Of a stretch of 64,000 nucleotides of DNA, positions 50,557 through 63,080 are shown piece by piece. Location: assembly GCF_001194135.2 (NCBI RefSeq), contig NC_068989.1, forward strand, positions 58,395,370-58,459,369. Direction: 5' to 3'. The notes below the pieces were generated by a model, which worked only from the letters and a program-made list of their open reading frames with translations, did not search any database and was not told where the DNA came from. Both the position numbers and the translations under genes were made by a program. Each line of letters opens with the position of its first letter. Positions within the stretch are counted from its first letter, which is position 1. This DNA comes from Octopus bimaculoides. Lineage: Eukaryota.

Positions 50557-51085
50557 GTTAGTCAAGTTTATTGAAACCTTGAATACATTTTTTAATATTT
50601 ATTTTTGCTGATTAAGTAAAAGGACAACCAATTGAAACTAAAAGAGAAATGTTTGTGTCTCACAACTGAAAATACCTGATTCTTAGAATAATCTTTGTTC
50701 TAAATCCAAATGAGTTGGTGACATTTGTCAGATCAGTTCTTTTGTGACATGCAATTTAATTCTTAAAAAACCCATACAATTACAGGATGAGCACAAATAG
50801 CTCAAAACTGGTCTAGTGGTCCCACCATCGCTGGGCGTTGGTGGGGGTTCACTCTCCTACTTGCAATATATATTGGGTGCGGATTACATCAATAACCGCT
50901 GAAGGAGGCGTCCTCCTGGGGAAGGTACCACACCAAAGTGTTCCTTGACAAACAAGTGGTAACCAGTTTGTATATTTGACAATAACTTGCTCCATTACTT
51001 TTCACATGACATGTATTACAGAAATGTAACATAATTTTTCTTTCGTTTTTTTGATGTTACAATTTTAATTCATTTTTTTTTTCAG

Positions 51086-51262
51086 GTTCAGAGTGAAACT
51101 GGTGAAATAATCATGTTACATGGACATCAGTCTGAAATATTGAATGATGAACATTTATTAATTGTGGGTGGAGGGTGTAATTGTTTCTCTTTTGGAACAC
51201 ATTTAAATAAATCTATGTTTTTAATAGATTTGAAATATTTTCAAATTAATTGTAATAGTTGA
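51086..51262 (+). CDS. LCMT2: LCMT2 exon 16 (terminal coding exon)
   Basis: TTTTCAG| VQSETGEIIMLHGHQSEILNDEHLLIVGGGCNCFSFGTHLN...NCNS, TGA at 51260-51262; signature GGGxNCFSFGT. The 16 exons sum to 2166 nt = 721 aa + stop. Confidence 0.95.
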   Translation, partial: VQSETGEIIMLHGHQSEILNDEHLLIVGGGCNCFSFGTHLNKSMFLIDLKYFQINCNS

Positions 51263-51267
51263 ATAAA
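51262..51267 (+). terminator. Candidate polyadenylation signal AATAAA overlapping the LCMT2 stop codon
   Basis: TGAATAAAA. AATAAA is common in AT-rich DNA, so use is unproven. Confidence 0.3.
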
Positions 51268-51639
51268 ATTTTTTATGATCATTTTCACATGAAGTTATAT
51301 CAAATTTCTACTGTTATTTTATAAAATACAAATATTTCAATATTGATAAAATGACAAGATTCTCTTATACAACCCAACAACATAAATCTATGGTTGGCTC
51401 AGTTTTATTTTTAAACCTATTTCTGAACAGCAGGGTTGTTGTTGAAATAGTTTATATCAGTAATATGAACTCTCTGCATTAAACATGTCCCAGACAGGAA
51501 GACTAAGATTCATAAAAATGTTAGAAAAATTCCGTGATGATGAGCAACACTCTGAGAATGAGATAAAATTGTCCTATGGAAATGAGATCAGTGAAAGAAA
51601 CATATAAACCAACTCTGCTAGTGTTCCACAGATTTACAA

Positions 51640-51850
51640 AGAAAAACTTAGGGGCAGTCATTTTGAAGATGGCTGTGACAAGTGTCCTGGACACCTTCAC
51701 ATTGGAGGACTTCCATGAAGTGGTTGGAGCATTACAAGTGCCTTGAAGCTGGAGAATCCTACTTTGAACTTTGAAGGAGATAAAGCTTTGTACTTCTTTA
51801 AAATTAATGTCTCTCTTGAAAAAATCTCAATACTTCTGGAATGCATCTTG
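51640..51850 (+). mobile_element. Mariner 3'-end remnant
   Basis: Degenerate C-terminal transposase (VLDTFTLEDFH...WLEHY.C.EAG..YFEGD), then a TIR-like end followed by TA. Confidence 0.6.
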
Positions 51851-52153
51851 TATGTGTATGTATGTGTGTGTGTGTGCATATATATATATATATACATATA
51901 TATATAATCTTTATCTTATGATATTTACTTTGTATTATATTATACTTATTTATTGTGCTTTTACTTGTTAATTTTTCTATTCATGACTGGATTTTCATCG
52001 ATGAGTTCATGAACCTTGGTTCTTTTCCCTAAAACTATATATTTATATATATTTTACTCTGTGAAACTTAATTTAATTTAAATTTTTAATAAATTGATTT
52101 TAATTGAGTTTTTACCTGTAATTTTGGGATTTTATCCCTAATATTATTATTAT

Positions 52154-52237
<84 letters not shown>

Positions 52238-53917
52238 AAGGAGACTCAAGAAGACATGGGGTGAAGTAGTGAGGGCCAATCTCAAGATGTTGAGCCTGAA
52301 GGAGATGACAATGGATTGAAATGTCTGGCAATATGTAAAACTGAGTTCTGGAAGTGCTCTATTATGCACACATGGCTTAGTAGTTAGGGTATTTAGCTCA
52401 TGATGATAATGTCATGAGTTCAAATACCAGCAACACAATCCTTGAGCAAGACATTTTATATTACATTGCTCTGATCCACTCAGCTTGCAAAAATGAGTTG
52501 TATCTGTAATTTAAAGGGCCAGACTTGTCACATCCAGTGTGTCATGCAGAATCTTTCTAAGAATTGTTAAGGGTACAAGCGTCTGTGAAGTGCTCAATCA
52601 CTTGCATGTTAATTTCATAAGCAGGCTGTTCCATTGATTGAATCAACTAGAACATTCATAGTCATAATTGCAAGAGTGCCCCCTCCCCTCCACATAACAT
52701 TATTTTACTCGCCCCCTCCCGGTGAACCAAAGTACATCACATCATACACTACACTTGTCTCCCTCCCTTGCTTCTGTAGTTGGTTTGTCATCTCTCTCTC
52801 TCTCCTGTCGTACCCCTGCTATCCTGCTGCTCCCCAAAATACCTGTGTTCACCACTCAAGGCATTCCCCTTCCCCTTCTCTCTTCTACTCTCCTTTTGCA
52901 CTCTTGTGAGCTCCCTGCTCACCCACCCTGTGCAATCCTTTGTACTACTCTACATGCACTCTCCTCTTTGTACCTTGAGAATATACCCTGCTACATCTTC
53001 ATTACCATCTTGAATCTCTCTTTAGCTGGTGTAGCCATATATCTCCAATTGGTGTAGCCATATATCTCCTCTACAACAAGACACCTGTCCTTCTATTACA
53101 CCTTTCATCACCTGGTACAAAGCCACCTCCCTCAATACTACCCCCTCCCCTATCTCATTTGAGGGTCTTTGTTTTGTAAGTTACTTGTGACCTTTTTGGT
53201 GATGATGCCATGTAAAAAGCACTCAGTATACTCTGTAAAATGGTTGGCATTAGGAAGGGCATCCAGCTGTAGAAACGAAAACAGACAGTTAGAGCTTGGC
53301 ATATTCCTCTGGATCACTAGCTCCTGTTAAGCTATTCAGCCCATACCAAAAATGAATGTTAAATGACATGTAATGTGTGTGCATGCACATGTGTGTATTC
53401 TTGTTTCCCACCCCACCAGACAACTAGTGTTGGTTTGTTTATGTTCCTGCATCTTAGTGGTTCAGCAACAAATAGTGATTGCTAGAATAAGGAACAGACT
53501 TAAAAAAAAAAAAAATAACCACTGAAATTGATTTGTTTCAGCTCAACGCTTTTGGGCTCAAATCCTGAAGAGGTCAATGGTGCCATTCGTCCTTTCCGGG
53601 TTGGTACATAAAGAACCTATCCAGTGAAGTGGATTGGTGAAACTGTAAGCACAGCCAGTGGGAAATCCTGTTATATTCATTTTGGCTCTGTACGTCCCGA
53701 GTTCAAAATCTTGTTTAAATTGTAGCAGGAATTTGAAACCTAACTGCTAGATATTCAGTCAGATACCACAAATGAACTACCCCAGTTTCATGTGATCGAT
53801 CAATAAATCAACCAATCAACGTGAGGCTGTGGCGTGATATGATTTTCTTGAATGTTTTAAAAATTGACTTCTTATTCCCTATAAAAACCGTTTGGCACAT
53901 AACTTAGGGGCAGACGG

Positions 53918-54000
53918 CCAATAGACCACTAATGCCACAGATCGCCCCGGAAATGTGCGCCGATGACTTTGTGTGTTTTTGAACTAACTGTATGACGTCA
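53918..54000. promoter_or_regulatory. Cluster of promoter-type motifs in a locally CpG-retaining segment
   Basis: CCAAT 53918-53922, ETS-like CCGGAAAT 53947-53954, perfect CRE TGACGTCA 53993-54000. Confidence 0.45.
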
Positions 54001-55087
54001 CACATAGCTTTCTATATTTTTAGAGCAGTTTTCCTTTCCTCTCATTCGGAAATTACTAATATTGTTCAATGTAAATATCTTTATCTCAGGCAATAACTAT
54101 TACAGTTGTATGTTCGTAAATTTATTGCAGTTATTATTTAGGCTGTCAACGGAATATGTCTACATTGAACAGCTCAACTAAAGTATCATCACATAGCTGT
54201 AAGCTTTTCCAGGTGGACTAAAAAGATTTTTAATAATAATAATGACAATAAAAAGCACGAAACTCAAGAGTTACGTCCTTATTGACCGGAGCAATCTAAG
54301 AGTAGCACATCGTTATCAACATTATTTAAAGATAATAACTATGATAATAGGGATAAGATGCAATATTTCGTTATCATATTCCCCTCAGTCACGAAGATAG
54401 TAACACCCACGTCCCGAGCAGGCCTCTTTCCAATTTATCTGGAGAAAAGCAAAACAAACTGCATTCAGTTACCATAGCATTCAATAAACACTTTGGAATC
54501 GAAAGGATTGCCATACCAACACTTCAAAGAGAAACAAAACGAAACGAGAATTATTTGGCTTACTGATAACAAATCAGGACTTCCTAACCTTATGATATAC
54601 TTGGGAAAAACAAACACGTAACGTTTTGCTTGCTAAACTATGTTGGGTAGGACATATAGACGAACAAATTAGCTACAACAATCAGCAAAATTTTTCTGGG
54701 AAAAGTAGGAATGATGTGTACTACGTCATGGTGACACAGTACACTGCACTGCTATGTCATTATTACGTAGTATACATTCGCAATTTTTAGTCCATTCATT
54801 AAATACTATGCATGATTATATTGTAGCGATATGTTATCAAAATAAATGTCAGCGTGTTTATTATTGTTAGCCGATGTCAAACGAGAAATTCCTGTTACAA
54901 AATCTTTGTAAAGTAAGTACTTTTTATTAGATACTTTTGCTGATATATTTTTTCATTTTACACACCAGTAGCTGCATTCTTGTAGAATAGAGTCGGAAAT
55001 AATAGATCGCGCCAAACACGCAATTTCTTCAGATATCTATGTTTCAGTTATCGCAATTTGCGATCCAGCAAAAAAAAAAAACCCCAC

Positions 55088-55416
55088 NNNNNNNNNNNNN
55101 NNNNNNNNNNNNNNNNNNNNNNNNNNNNNNNNNNNNNNNNNNNNNNNNNNNNNNNNNNNNNNNNNNNNNNNNNNNNNNNNNNNNNNNNNNNNNNNNNNNN
55201 NNNNNNNNNNNNNNNNNNNNNNNNNNNNNNNNNNNNNNNNNNNNNNNNNNNNNNNNNNNNNNNNNNNNNNNNNNNNNNNNNNNNNNNNNNNNNNNNNNNN
55301 NNNNNNNNNNNNNNNNNNNNNNNNNNNNNNNNNNNNNNNNNNNNNNNNNNNNNNNNNNNNNNNNNNNNNNNNNNNNNNNNNNNNNNNNNNNNNNNNNNNN
55401 NNNNNNNNNNNNNNNN
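55088..55416. other. Assembly gap
   Basis: Run of N. Confidence 1.
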
Positions 55417-56457
55417 GAGCGGAGAGCAAGCCCCCGCCTTATGTATGTATGTATGTATGTGTGTGTTTATATATTTGCAGTACTGTAAATCTACGATGCT
55501 TGAAGTATACACGTCGGAAGAATTGCGGCTTCAAGTGCTAGATTATTTCCGACTCTATTCTATAGGAATGCTCTCAATAACTTCACTGGTCCTGAATTTT
55601 TTAAACGCTTTGTTCAACTGTTAATTTTTTTTTTTTAATAATAAGGAAATACGCGTATTGTTTATATTGACCGCTTCAGAATTTTATTTGAAAGTCACTC
55701 GGAGTTTCGTAGTGTGTATTCGTATATTTTTCTTCTAATCACTGTGTAGGTAAGATGTGATACTTTTATATCGAAATATTTGGTGAGCTTGCATTGTATT
55801 ACAGGTAAATATGACCAGAAATCAGTCTCTCCTCGTAATTTATAGTATTAATAATTATTATATTTGGATGGTTTCCAGTCGGGCACTAATTTGCTTGTGG
55901 AGTGAATCGATTATGCAAAAATATGCTTTTACTTACGTAATGATTGGTTTACAGAAAGTGAAAAACTTCTTTGACATTTGTCTTAAGACGTACCTAACTT
56001 GTTAATGATTAATGACAATAAAAGTTTATATTAACTTTATCGAAGGCATACAGATAACTACAGGCATGTCTAACAGTTTGACGTTCTTCGTTCTTGTATT
56101 TATGCGAAGTAAATAACTTGATTTATAAATTAAATCCAAATTTTGACGATGTTTAACTATAGCGTACCATTTTCACTTTCTTAAATTAGCAAATCTACCG
56201 ACCACAGAATAATCTTTTAGACTCCGTTCATGGTCAAGTCGTTTGTCAAAGAGGAAATTTTTTGGTGCACCTAAGAATTATTTTTGGTTGACATTTTTTT
56301 GCGTCGCTAACTGTTGTTGTTGACAGCAATATTATCATTTATTTAAAATTATTATTTAAACGGCCAAAATGTATCTGGCTCACTGGGCGCTGATAAGACG
56401 AATATTCGTCTCTGATATTTATTGTACTTGTAATATTGTAGGTCCTTAAGAGATGTT

Positions 56458-56698
56458 GGTACTACTAAAGCAGCACGGTCCCGAGCGCGCAGTCGCGCGT
56501 CCGCGCTAGCTAGTCGTGAGTGGACGATCCTAGCCCTGACCCTGTCCCTAACCCTAACTCTAACCCTATCCCTAACCCTAACCCTAACCCGCATGTGCAA
56601 ATGAATACGTGTTTAGGGTTAGGGTTGGGGTTGGGATCGACCACTCACGACTGGCTGGCGCGGCTGCGCGTTCGGGACCGTGCTGCTTTAGTAGTACC
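56458..56698. mobile_element. Second Merlin-type MITE with inverted telomere-like arrays
   Basis: 27-bp perfect TIR GGTACTACTAAAGCAGCACGGTCCCGA with longer imperfect extension; exact 8-bp TSD GAGATGTT at 56450-56457 and 56699-56706. Confidence 0.82.
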
Positions 56699-57099
56699 GA
56701 GATGTTAACTCAGGACAAATACCTCTGTAACAGGTTTATCAACAGTGTTTATGTATTAGGTATGATACATAGAGGGTTATTTTGATCAAATACTTTTTCC
56801 GTTGCGTATACCAGATTTTTAATCAACTGCAGGACTACTCGCAACATAGGTTAATGTTTTATTTCCTTTTTTCTTATATCAAAGATGACAAATTCTTGTC
56901 CCAGTATGGAGACAGCTGCAAGTATGTGCCACTGAAAAGGTGCTGCAGAAAGGCGGAAATGCATCTAGCGTACTTGCTAGCTGCTGTTGGGACGAATTTT
57001 CATCTCTGTGATATTCATTCTTTTTAACACAGTGAGTCCATAACAAATATTATCTCAGTACAAATATATATGTATCTGTGTGTGTGTGTGTTTGTGTAT

Positions 57100-57147
<48 letters not shown>

Positions 57148-57818
57148 GAAAATCCCCTTCAAACATAAATGACCATGGGATTGTTCCTAGAAAGTTCCCC
57201 TCTGAGACACAAGTTCAGGCAAGGTTGTTTATGGAAGACCAGCAGTTGCCCATGCATACCAGCTTCTCCTCTCTATGCCACCGATGTTATCCAAGAGAAA
57301 GGCAAAGGCTGGTAGAGGTTGGCAACTCATTTCTACAGTTGAATGAACTGGAGCAACATGAAATAAAGTGTCTTGGTCAAGAACACAACACACAGCCTGG
57401 TTCAGGAATCCAACTCACTAACTCATGATTGTGAGACCAGCGCTCTAACCACTGAAATGACAAATATTGAAGAATGGAGTTAGCAAATTATTTCAATATT
57501 TCATTTACAGTTGTTTCATCATTATTCAATATAATCAATCTTGCATAATTGTTGTTACTATGTCAACAACAATTGATTAATTTTCATATGTTATTGAGGA
57601 TTTCTTTTATAACATGTTGAACATGATTCCACAGAACTCTAAAAATAATATATAAGAAGCACATGCATGGCTGTGTGGTAAGAAGCTTGCTTCTCAACCT
57701 CATGGTTCTGGGTTCAGTCCCACTGCATGGTACCTTGGGCAAGTGTCTTCTACTATAGTCTCGGGCTGACCAAAGCATTGAGAGTGGATTTCGTAGATGG
57801 AAACTGAAAGAAGTCCGT

Positions 57819-57852
<34 letters not shown>

Positions 57853-57859
57853 CAGCTAG

Positions 57860-57943
<84 letters not shown>

Positions 57944-59584
57944 CTGGCTGAAACTTCCAAGCCACTTTTTACAGCATTCTTGTTTAAGAATAATATATTT
58001 GTACTCAACAAAAGTATATAGTAACCCATCAGATTAATGTAAAATTGTTTTGATTATAACTGAACATAAAAAACAAGCATTAATATATATTTCTATAGGT
58101 ATGGGGATGCAGACAGGAAAATTAGAACTCAAAATATGAGTATATATATATATTTTTATTAATATTTAGCAGAAGCAGCAGAGTGACTCGAGGCCCAATA
58201 GTTTGGTGCGTTGGTACTTATCAAGCTTAAATGATTAATGCCATAATGCATCAGAGAAATGAATGGGTGAAGAACAATTGATTAAGTTATTAAAATGGCT
58301 ATTTATTAAGATGGTTATAATATTAGTCATTACAATATATTAAACATACAACTTTGTCAAGTTGTTTGTGTGTACACAGCTATTTTGTAGATCTTTGAGT
58401 CCATTAAGTATGTCAGCTTCATCTCTGTGTGTTGCTAATAAAGAGAAAGATAGAGAGCAAGAAAGTCTAGGTAAGAATCTACCTTAGCACATGTTAATCA
58501 GCATACTTGATCCTGTCATTAAATCCATTTGGTGACATATTTTGATATTATCAGACCTTATTATACATTTAAAGTAGCTCAGAGATTTAGTAACTCTGGC
58601 TAGTCCTGCTTCAGTCTGTTCTTGGGCCATACTGTTTAACTGCCATGTATGATTGTATGGTGCATAGTGTAGCTGTAGGATATAGGATATATTCTGTCTA
58701 GTTTGCTACCCTGTCTGTTTATGTATGATTGTAAATAAAGTTTGGTGATTGCAAGGGTTGTTGCTTGCTTGACTTGTTCAGTGTTGTATCCACATCTCCC
58801 TCATATATTTCCCTATTATCTTTAAAATGAAAACCATATAACAGTGTTTCTTAACTTGGTATGTAAAACCCAATTATTTTTTTTTTGCTCCTAGATACAT
58901 TTTCGTTTTTTCTTATCCATAAATCAGCAAAAGATCTGGATTGTTCTCAATACCAAAATGCCACACATCTCAAAGTCAATTGAGAAAAAGTAATAGCTAT
59001 GATCACATTAAATAGTTTTATAAGTATTTTTTTTTTTTTGAGCTTTCAGATTAAATGATGAGAATGATTTTGAAATCTTGAAGTGGTGCAAGCCAGAGAA
59101 AATAGTCAAGAACTGCTTCTATATACAATGACTTAAAACCTTGGACATTATATCCACGATATATAGACAAGAATAAAATGTGGACTGAAGAATGAATTTT
59201 AGCTGGTATTAGAGTGAAGTCATCATCATTATCATTATCATCAACGTTTAACATACATTTTCCATGCTGGTATGGGTTGGATGGCTTGACAGGAACTGGC
59301 AAGGCCAGGAGCTGCACCAAGTTCCATGGTCTCTTTGGCTTGTTTTCTACAGCTCAGAGCCCTTCCTAATACCAGCCACTTTGCAGAATGTACTGGGTGC
59401 ATTTTGCATGGTACTAGCACCAGTGACAGTTTAGTTGATATTGATACATAGTAAACTCCTGTAAACTGATTAGCTGATGTTAAAGAGGATGTTCAGTGAT
59501 ATCTGTCTGTTAGTAAAAAAAAAAAAAAAAGACCAAAGGTCCTTCATGAGTCATAAGCTCATAAGGCTGGTTTCCTGGATTCTG

Positions 59585-60360
59585 TGTCATACATATTTCC
59601 TCCAGGATGGCAGTCTTTCATAATGGCATCTCCAAGCCTGTTTCTTTGCACAACCATTAAATGCAAGTGAACCATCATCGATGCTGACACATTTCTCTCC
59701 TGTGACATCACAATTCTCTCTTACACAGTCTTGCAATCTGAAATATTTCAATTCTTTGGTCTTCATGCCACTGAACATTGGCAAACTTCTTTTCTGCTTC
59801 TCCTTTGGTTATATATACCTGTCTCCTAGCCTCCCTTCTGGCTATCTGATATAATTCTCTGCTACCCCAACTCTTGCATGTTTTCCATGCCTGTTTCTTT
59901 GCTCTAATGGCCCTGTCTACAGTATTATTCCACCACCATGTTATCCTAGGTCTGGAAGGGACTTTGCACCAGCTGCAGATTTGGTCTGTGGCGCTCAGTA
60001 AGCTGTCACGCAGGAATTTCCAGTTACCCTCTATGTCACAAATCTGTAGCTCCTCCTCCCTCTCATCAAATTTCTTAATGAGGATGTCCCTAAATCTCTG
60101 ACCATGTGAAGGGTTCTTAAGCTTCCAAATCCTTCTTTTCTGCTTCTTGGCATCCTTCTGGCTTCAAGTCTAAAGTCACTGGTGACTAGTCTATGCTGGT
60201 GGGTACATTCTTCACCAGGGAGGGTCTTTGTATTTAGGAGCAATCATGCATCCCGCTGTCTGGTGAGGATGAAATCAATCTGGCTAGCAGAATCACCTGA
60301 TTGATAGGTTGTCAGGTGGCTGGCTGACTTCCTGAAGTTGGTATTAATAGGTTGCTTGCA
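59585..60360 (-). mobile_element. RTE-like LINE fragment
   Basis: ORFs 59587-59784 and 60031-60243 (KTLPGEECTHQHRLVTSDF); similar to 4400-4760. Confidence 0.7.
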
Positions 60361-61189
60361 TCATAGAACTCCAATAGCCTAGTTCCCTCTTCATTTCAGG
60401 AACCAATTCCATGGCCCCTATGAACACCATGGAAGATAATTGTAGCTATACTATTCTGCAAAACTAGCCTAAGCTTAAGCACTTTATTGCACACTCTGAC
60501 TACCTCTATGATCTTATCCACCCATTTCTCTATGAGGAGTATACCTACACCCACCACTCCATTACTGTTACTTTCCTAGAATATTTTGTACCTATTGTGT
60601 TTTTTTTATCTCTATAATGAGCTCTGCTGCACCCTTTCTGTTAATAGTGAAAACTTCATTTACATGTAACTTAGCTGATTTCATTATCAGCTCCTTCAAC
60701 AAGTTTTTTCCCCCCAGATAATATGCCTTTTATGATATAGAAAAAAATTACACTTGAATAAAGTTGTATTTTTATTTGAGATTTATTAATATATTATTGG
60801 TCCTGTATTTTGGACTATTTTTACAATACATTTCTTACTGTAAGTTCAAATTCTCAACTTGGTAAACACCAAACAATGGTGTAGTGATTCTATTAGAGAA
60901 CATCATTGTTTAAATGGTGTTTCTAAAACTTAAGACAGTGAATTGGCAGAATCATTAGCGTGTTAGAAAAACTACTTTATAGTATTTGTTCAGAATACAT
61001 TATATTCTGAGTTTAAGTCACACTGAAGTCAACTTGTGGCTTTTATGCCTTTGGAGTTGATAAAATAAAGTATCAAAACAATTTGAGTGAAAAAGTATTA
61101 CATTTAACAGAGTAATCTGAACACTAAAGGGTTAAATAAAAAAAAGAACATTATTATTTAGTAGTGTCATAGAGTTTCCACTTCATTTG

Positions 61190-61350
61190 AGGTCACTATT
61201 TAGCTTTGTCATGTTAAAACTTTCACTTATTGGGTCACTATTTAGTAATATCATGGTGCTAAAACTCTTATTAGGACACTATTTAGCAATGTCATCATGT
61301 TTTTGAAGATGTTACTCCTTATCAGGTTACTATTTAGCAATCTCGTGTTT
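61190..61350 (+). repeat. Degenerate minisatellite, 4 units of about 40-50 bp
   Basis: Recurring GG(T/A)CACTATTTAG(C/T) core. Confidence 0.7.
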
Positions 61351-62179
61351 AAGTTATTTTTGAGTGAATAATTTTAACACTATAATGAATTTTATTTTGT
61401 GTTGTTTAAAAGTGCAGATGAATATTCAAGCAAAAAAGATCTGTTAATTCACATATAGCGAGCAATATTATCTCTTTAAGTACGTAAGACAGCTGTGTTT
61501 ATTTCAGTTTTTCCAAAATTTAAGTCTTATCATAATAGAGAGGGGAAGTGTATAGATCAAGTTTACTGTTACTTTCTAGCATTTTTTTGTAAAAATAATA
61601 GCTCCATATCTATCTAATAATACACACCAAACAAAACACTAAATTAACCATAGAGGACACATAGTAAATATATATAAAAATGGCATGGAACATGGATAAT
61701 TTTAAAACAGGATGTTTGTGTCCTAGAACCAGGGGTGATATCAGGCAGGTTGGTAACAAAAAGGTTAAATTTATATGCAATAAATTGCTTATACTTCTAC
61801 AATACACAAAATATTTCAGTTTTTTTAAAAATACAATTCCTTAATTATAAAAATACAGTAGGATGTTATTATATAAACATTGAACGGCTCTGAAAGTCCA
61901 GTAGAGTAAAATAGGAATCGAAGACATCCATAGGCAAAAAATAGTTGATATCACTGATTTCTAAGTTATATAGCATGAATATCTACAAATTTATATCCAT
62001 AAGGTGCAGGCATAGATGTGTGGTTGAGAAGCTTACTTCAACTACATGGTTTCAGATTCAGTCTCACTCTGTGGCACCTTAGACAAGTGTCTTCTGCTAT
62101 ATCCCTGGACTAACCAGAGCCTTGTAAATGAATTGGGTAGATGGAAACTGGAAGAATCCCATCATATGTGTGTGTGTGT

Positions 62180-62482
62180 GTATATCATCATCATTATCAT
62201 CGTTTAACGTTCGCTTTCCATGCTAGCATGGGCTGGACGATTTGATTGAGGACTGGCAAGCCAGAAGGCTGCACCAGGCTCCAATCTGATCTGGCAGAGT
62301 TTCTACAGCTGGATGCCCTTCCGAACGCCAACCACTCTGAGAGTGTAGTGGGTGCTTTTATGTGCCACCGGCATGAGAGCCAGTCACACGGTACTGGCAA
62401 TGGCCACGCTCAAAAAGGTGTTTTTTACATGCCACTTGCATGGGAGCCAGTCCAGCGGCACTGGTAACGACCTTGCTCGAAT
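62180..62482 (-). mobile_element. SINE family B with (GAT)n tail (RTE-like 3' end)
   Basis: Core CATGCTAGCATGGG...CTGGATGCCCTTCC.AACGCCAACC. About 15 copies; same orientation at about 3520, 4975, 22040, 26775, 28086, 30920, 36095, 38690, 59220; opposite at about 8500, 9230, 26090, 29262, 53160. Confidence 0.85.
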
Positions 62483-63044
62483 GATATATATATATATAAC
62501 ATATGTTTTCTCCAATCCTTAAATTCTTATATATATATACATATATATAATGTATATATATTTTGAATTGTGTCTTTGTGTCTAGACACTGCATGATAGT
62601 TGTGAAAAAGTGTCACTGTCATACAAGTAGTATCCTTTTCAATCTTACTTGAAAAATGTCTGGCTACAGGAAAATATTACCTTACTTGGAAACAGGTGAT
62701 GGTTGGTAACAGGAAGGGTATCTGGCCACAGAAAATTTGATTCAATGAATTCTGTCTGGTCCATGCAAGCAAGGAAAAGTGGACATTATGATGTTGATGA
62801 TGGTAAAGTCTCCCAGTGTCCTTGCTATTTGAAATTTATAAATATATATATATATACACACTTGTGGTCTGAGATCAACTTTTTCAAGGTTCAGTTCACA
62901 GCTCACTCTTATTTATTATAGTCCTCCAGGCCATAACAGAAAAATAATTAAAATTTAGAAAAAAACCCCCATAAAACAATTAAGCAAAGCATTTGGAATT
63001 AATAGAAAGGCAGAGAAAAGAAAAACACTCCTGAAAAAAGATTA

Positions 63045-63080
<36 letters not shown>

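Noticed and set aside
51169-51195. GGGCNCFSFG instead of GGGGNCFSFG as a functional novelty in LCMT2
   Set aside because: As I recall this position also varies among orthologs; a single substitution does not support a claim.
53955-54000. C/D-box snoRNA
   Set aside because: Only a partial C box (GATGAC), no properly placed CTGA D box and no terminal stem.
59050-59200. Candidate coding exon after a strong polypyrimidine tract (LNDENDFEILKW...)
   Set aside because: Early stops in each frame, no convincing donor and no family I recognise.
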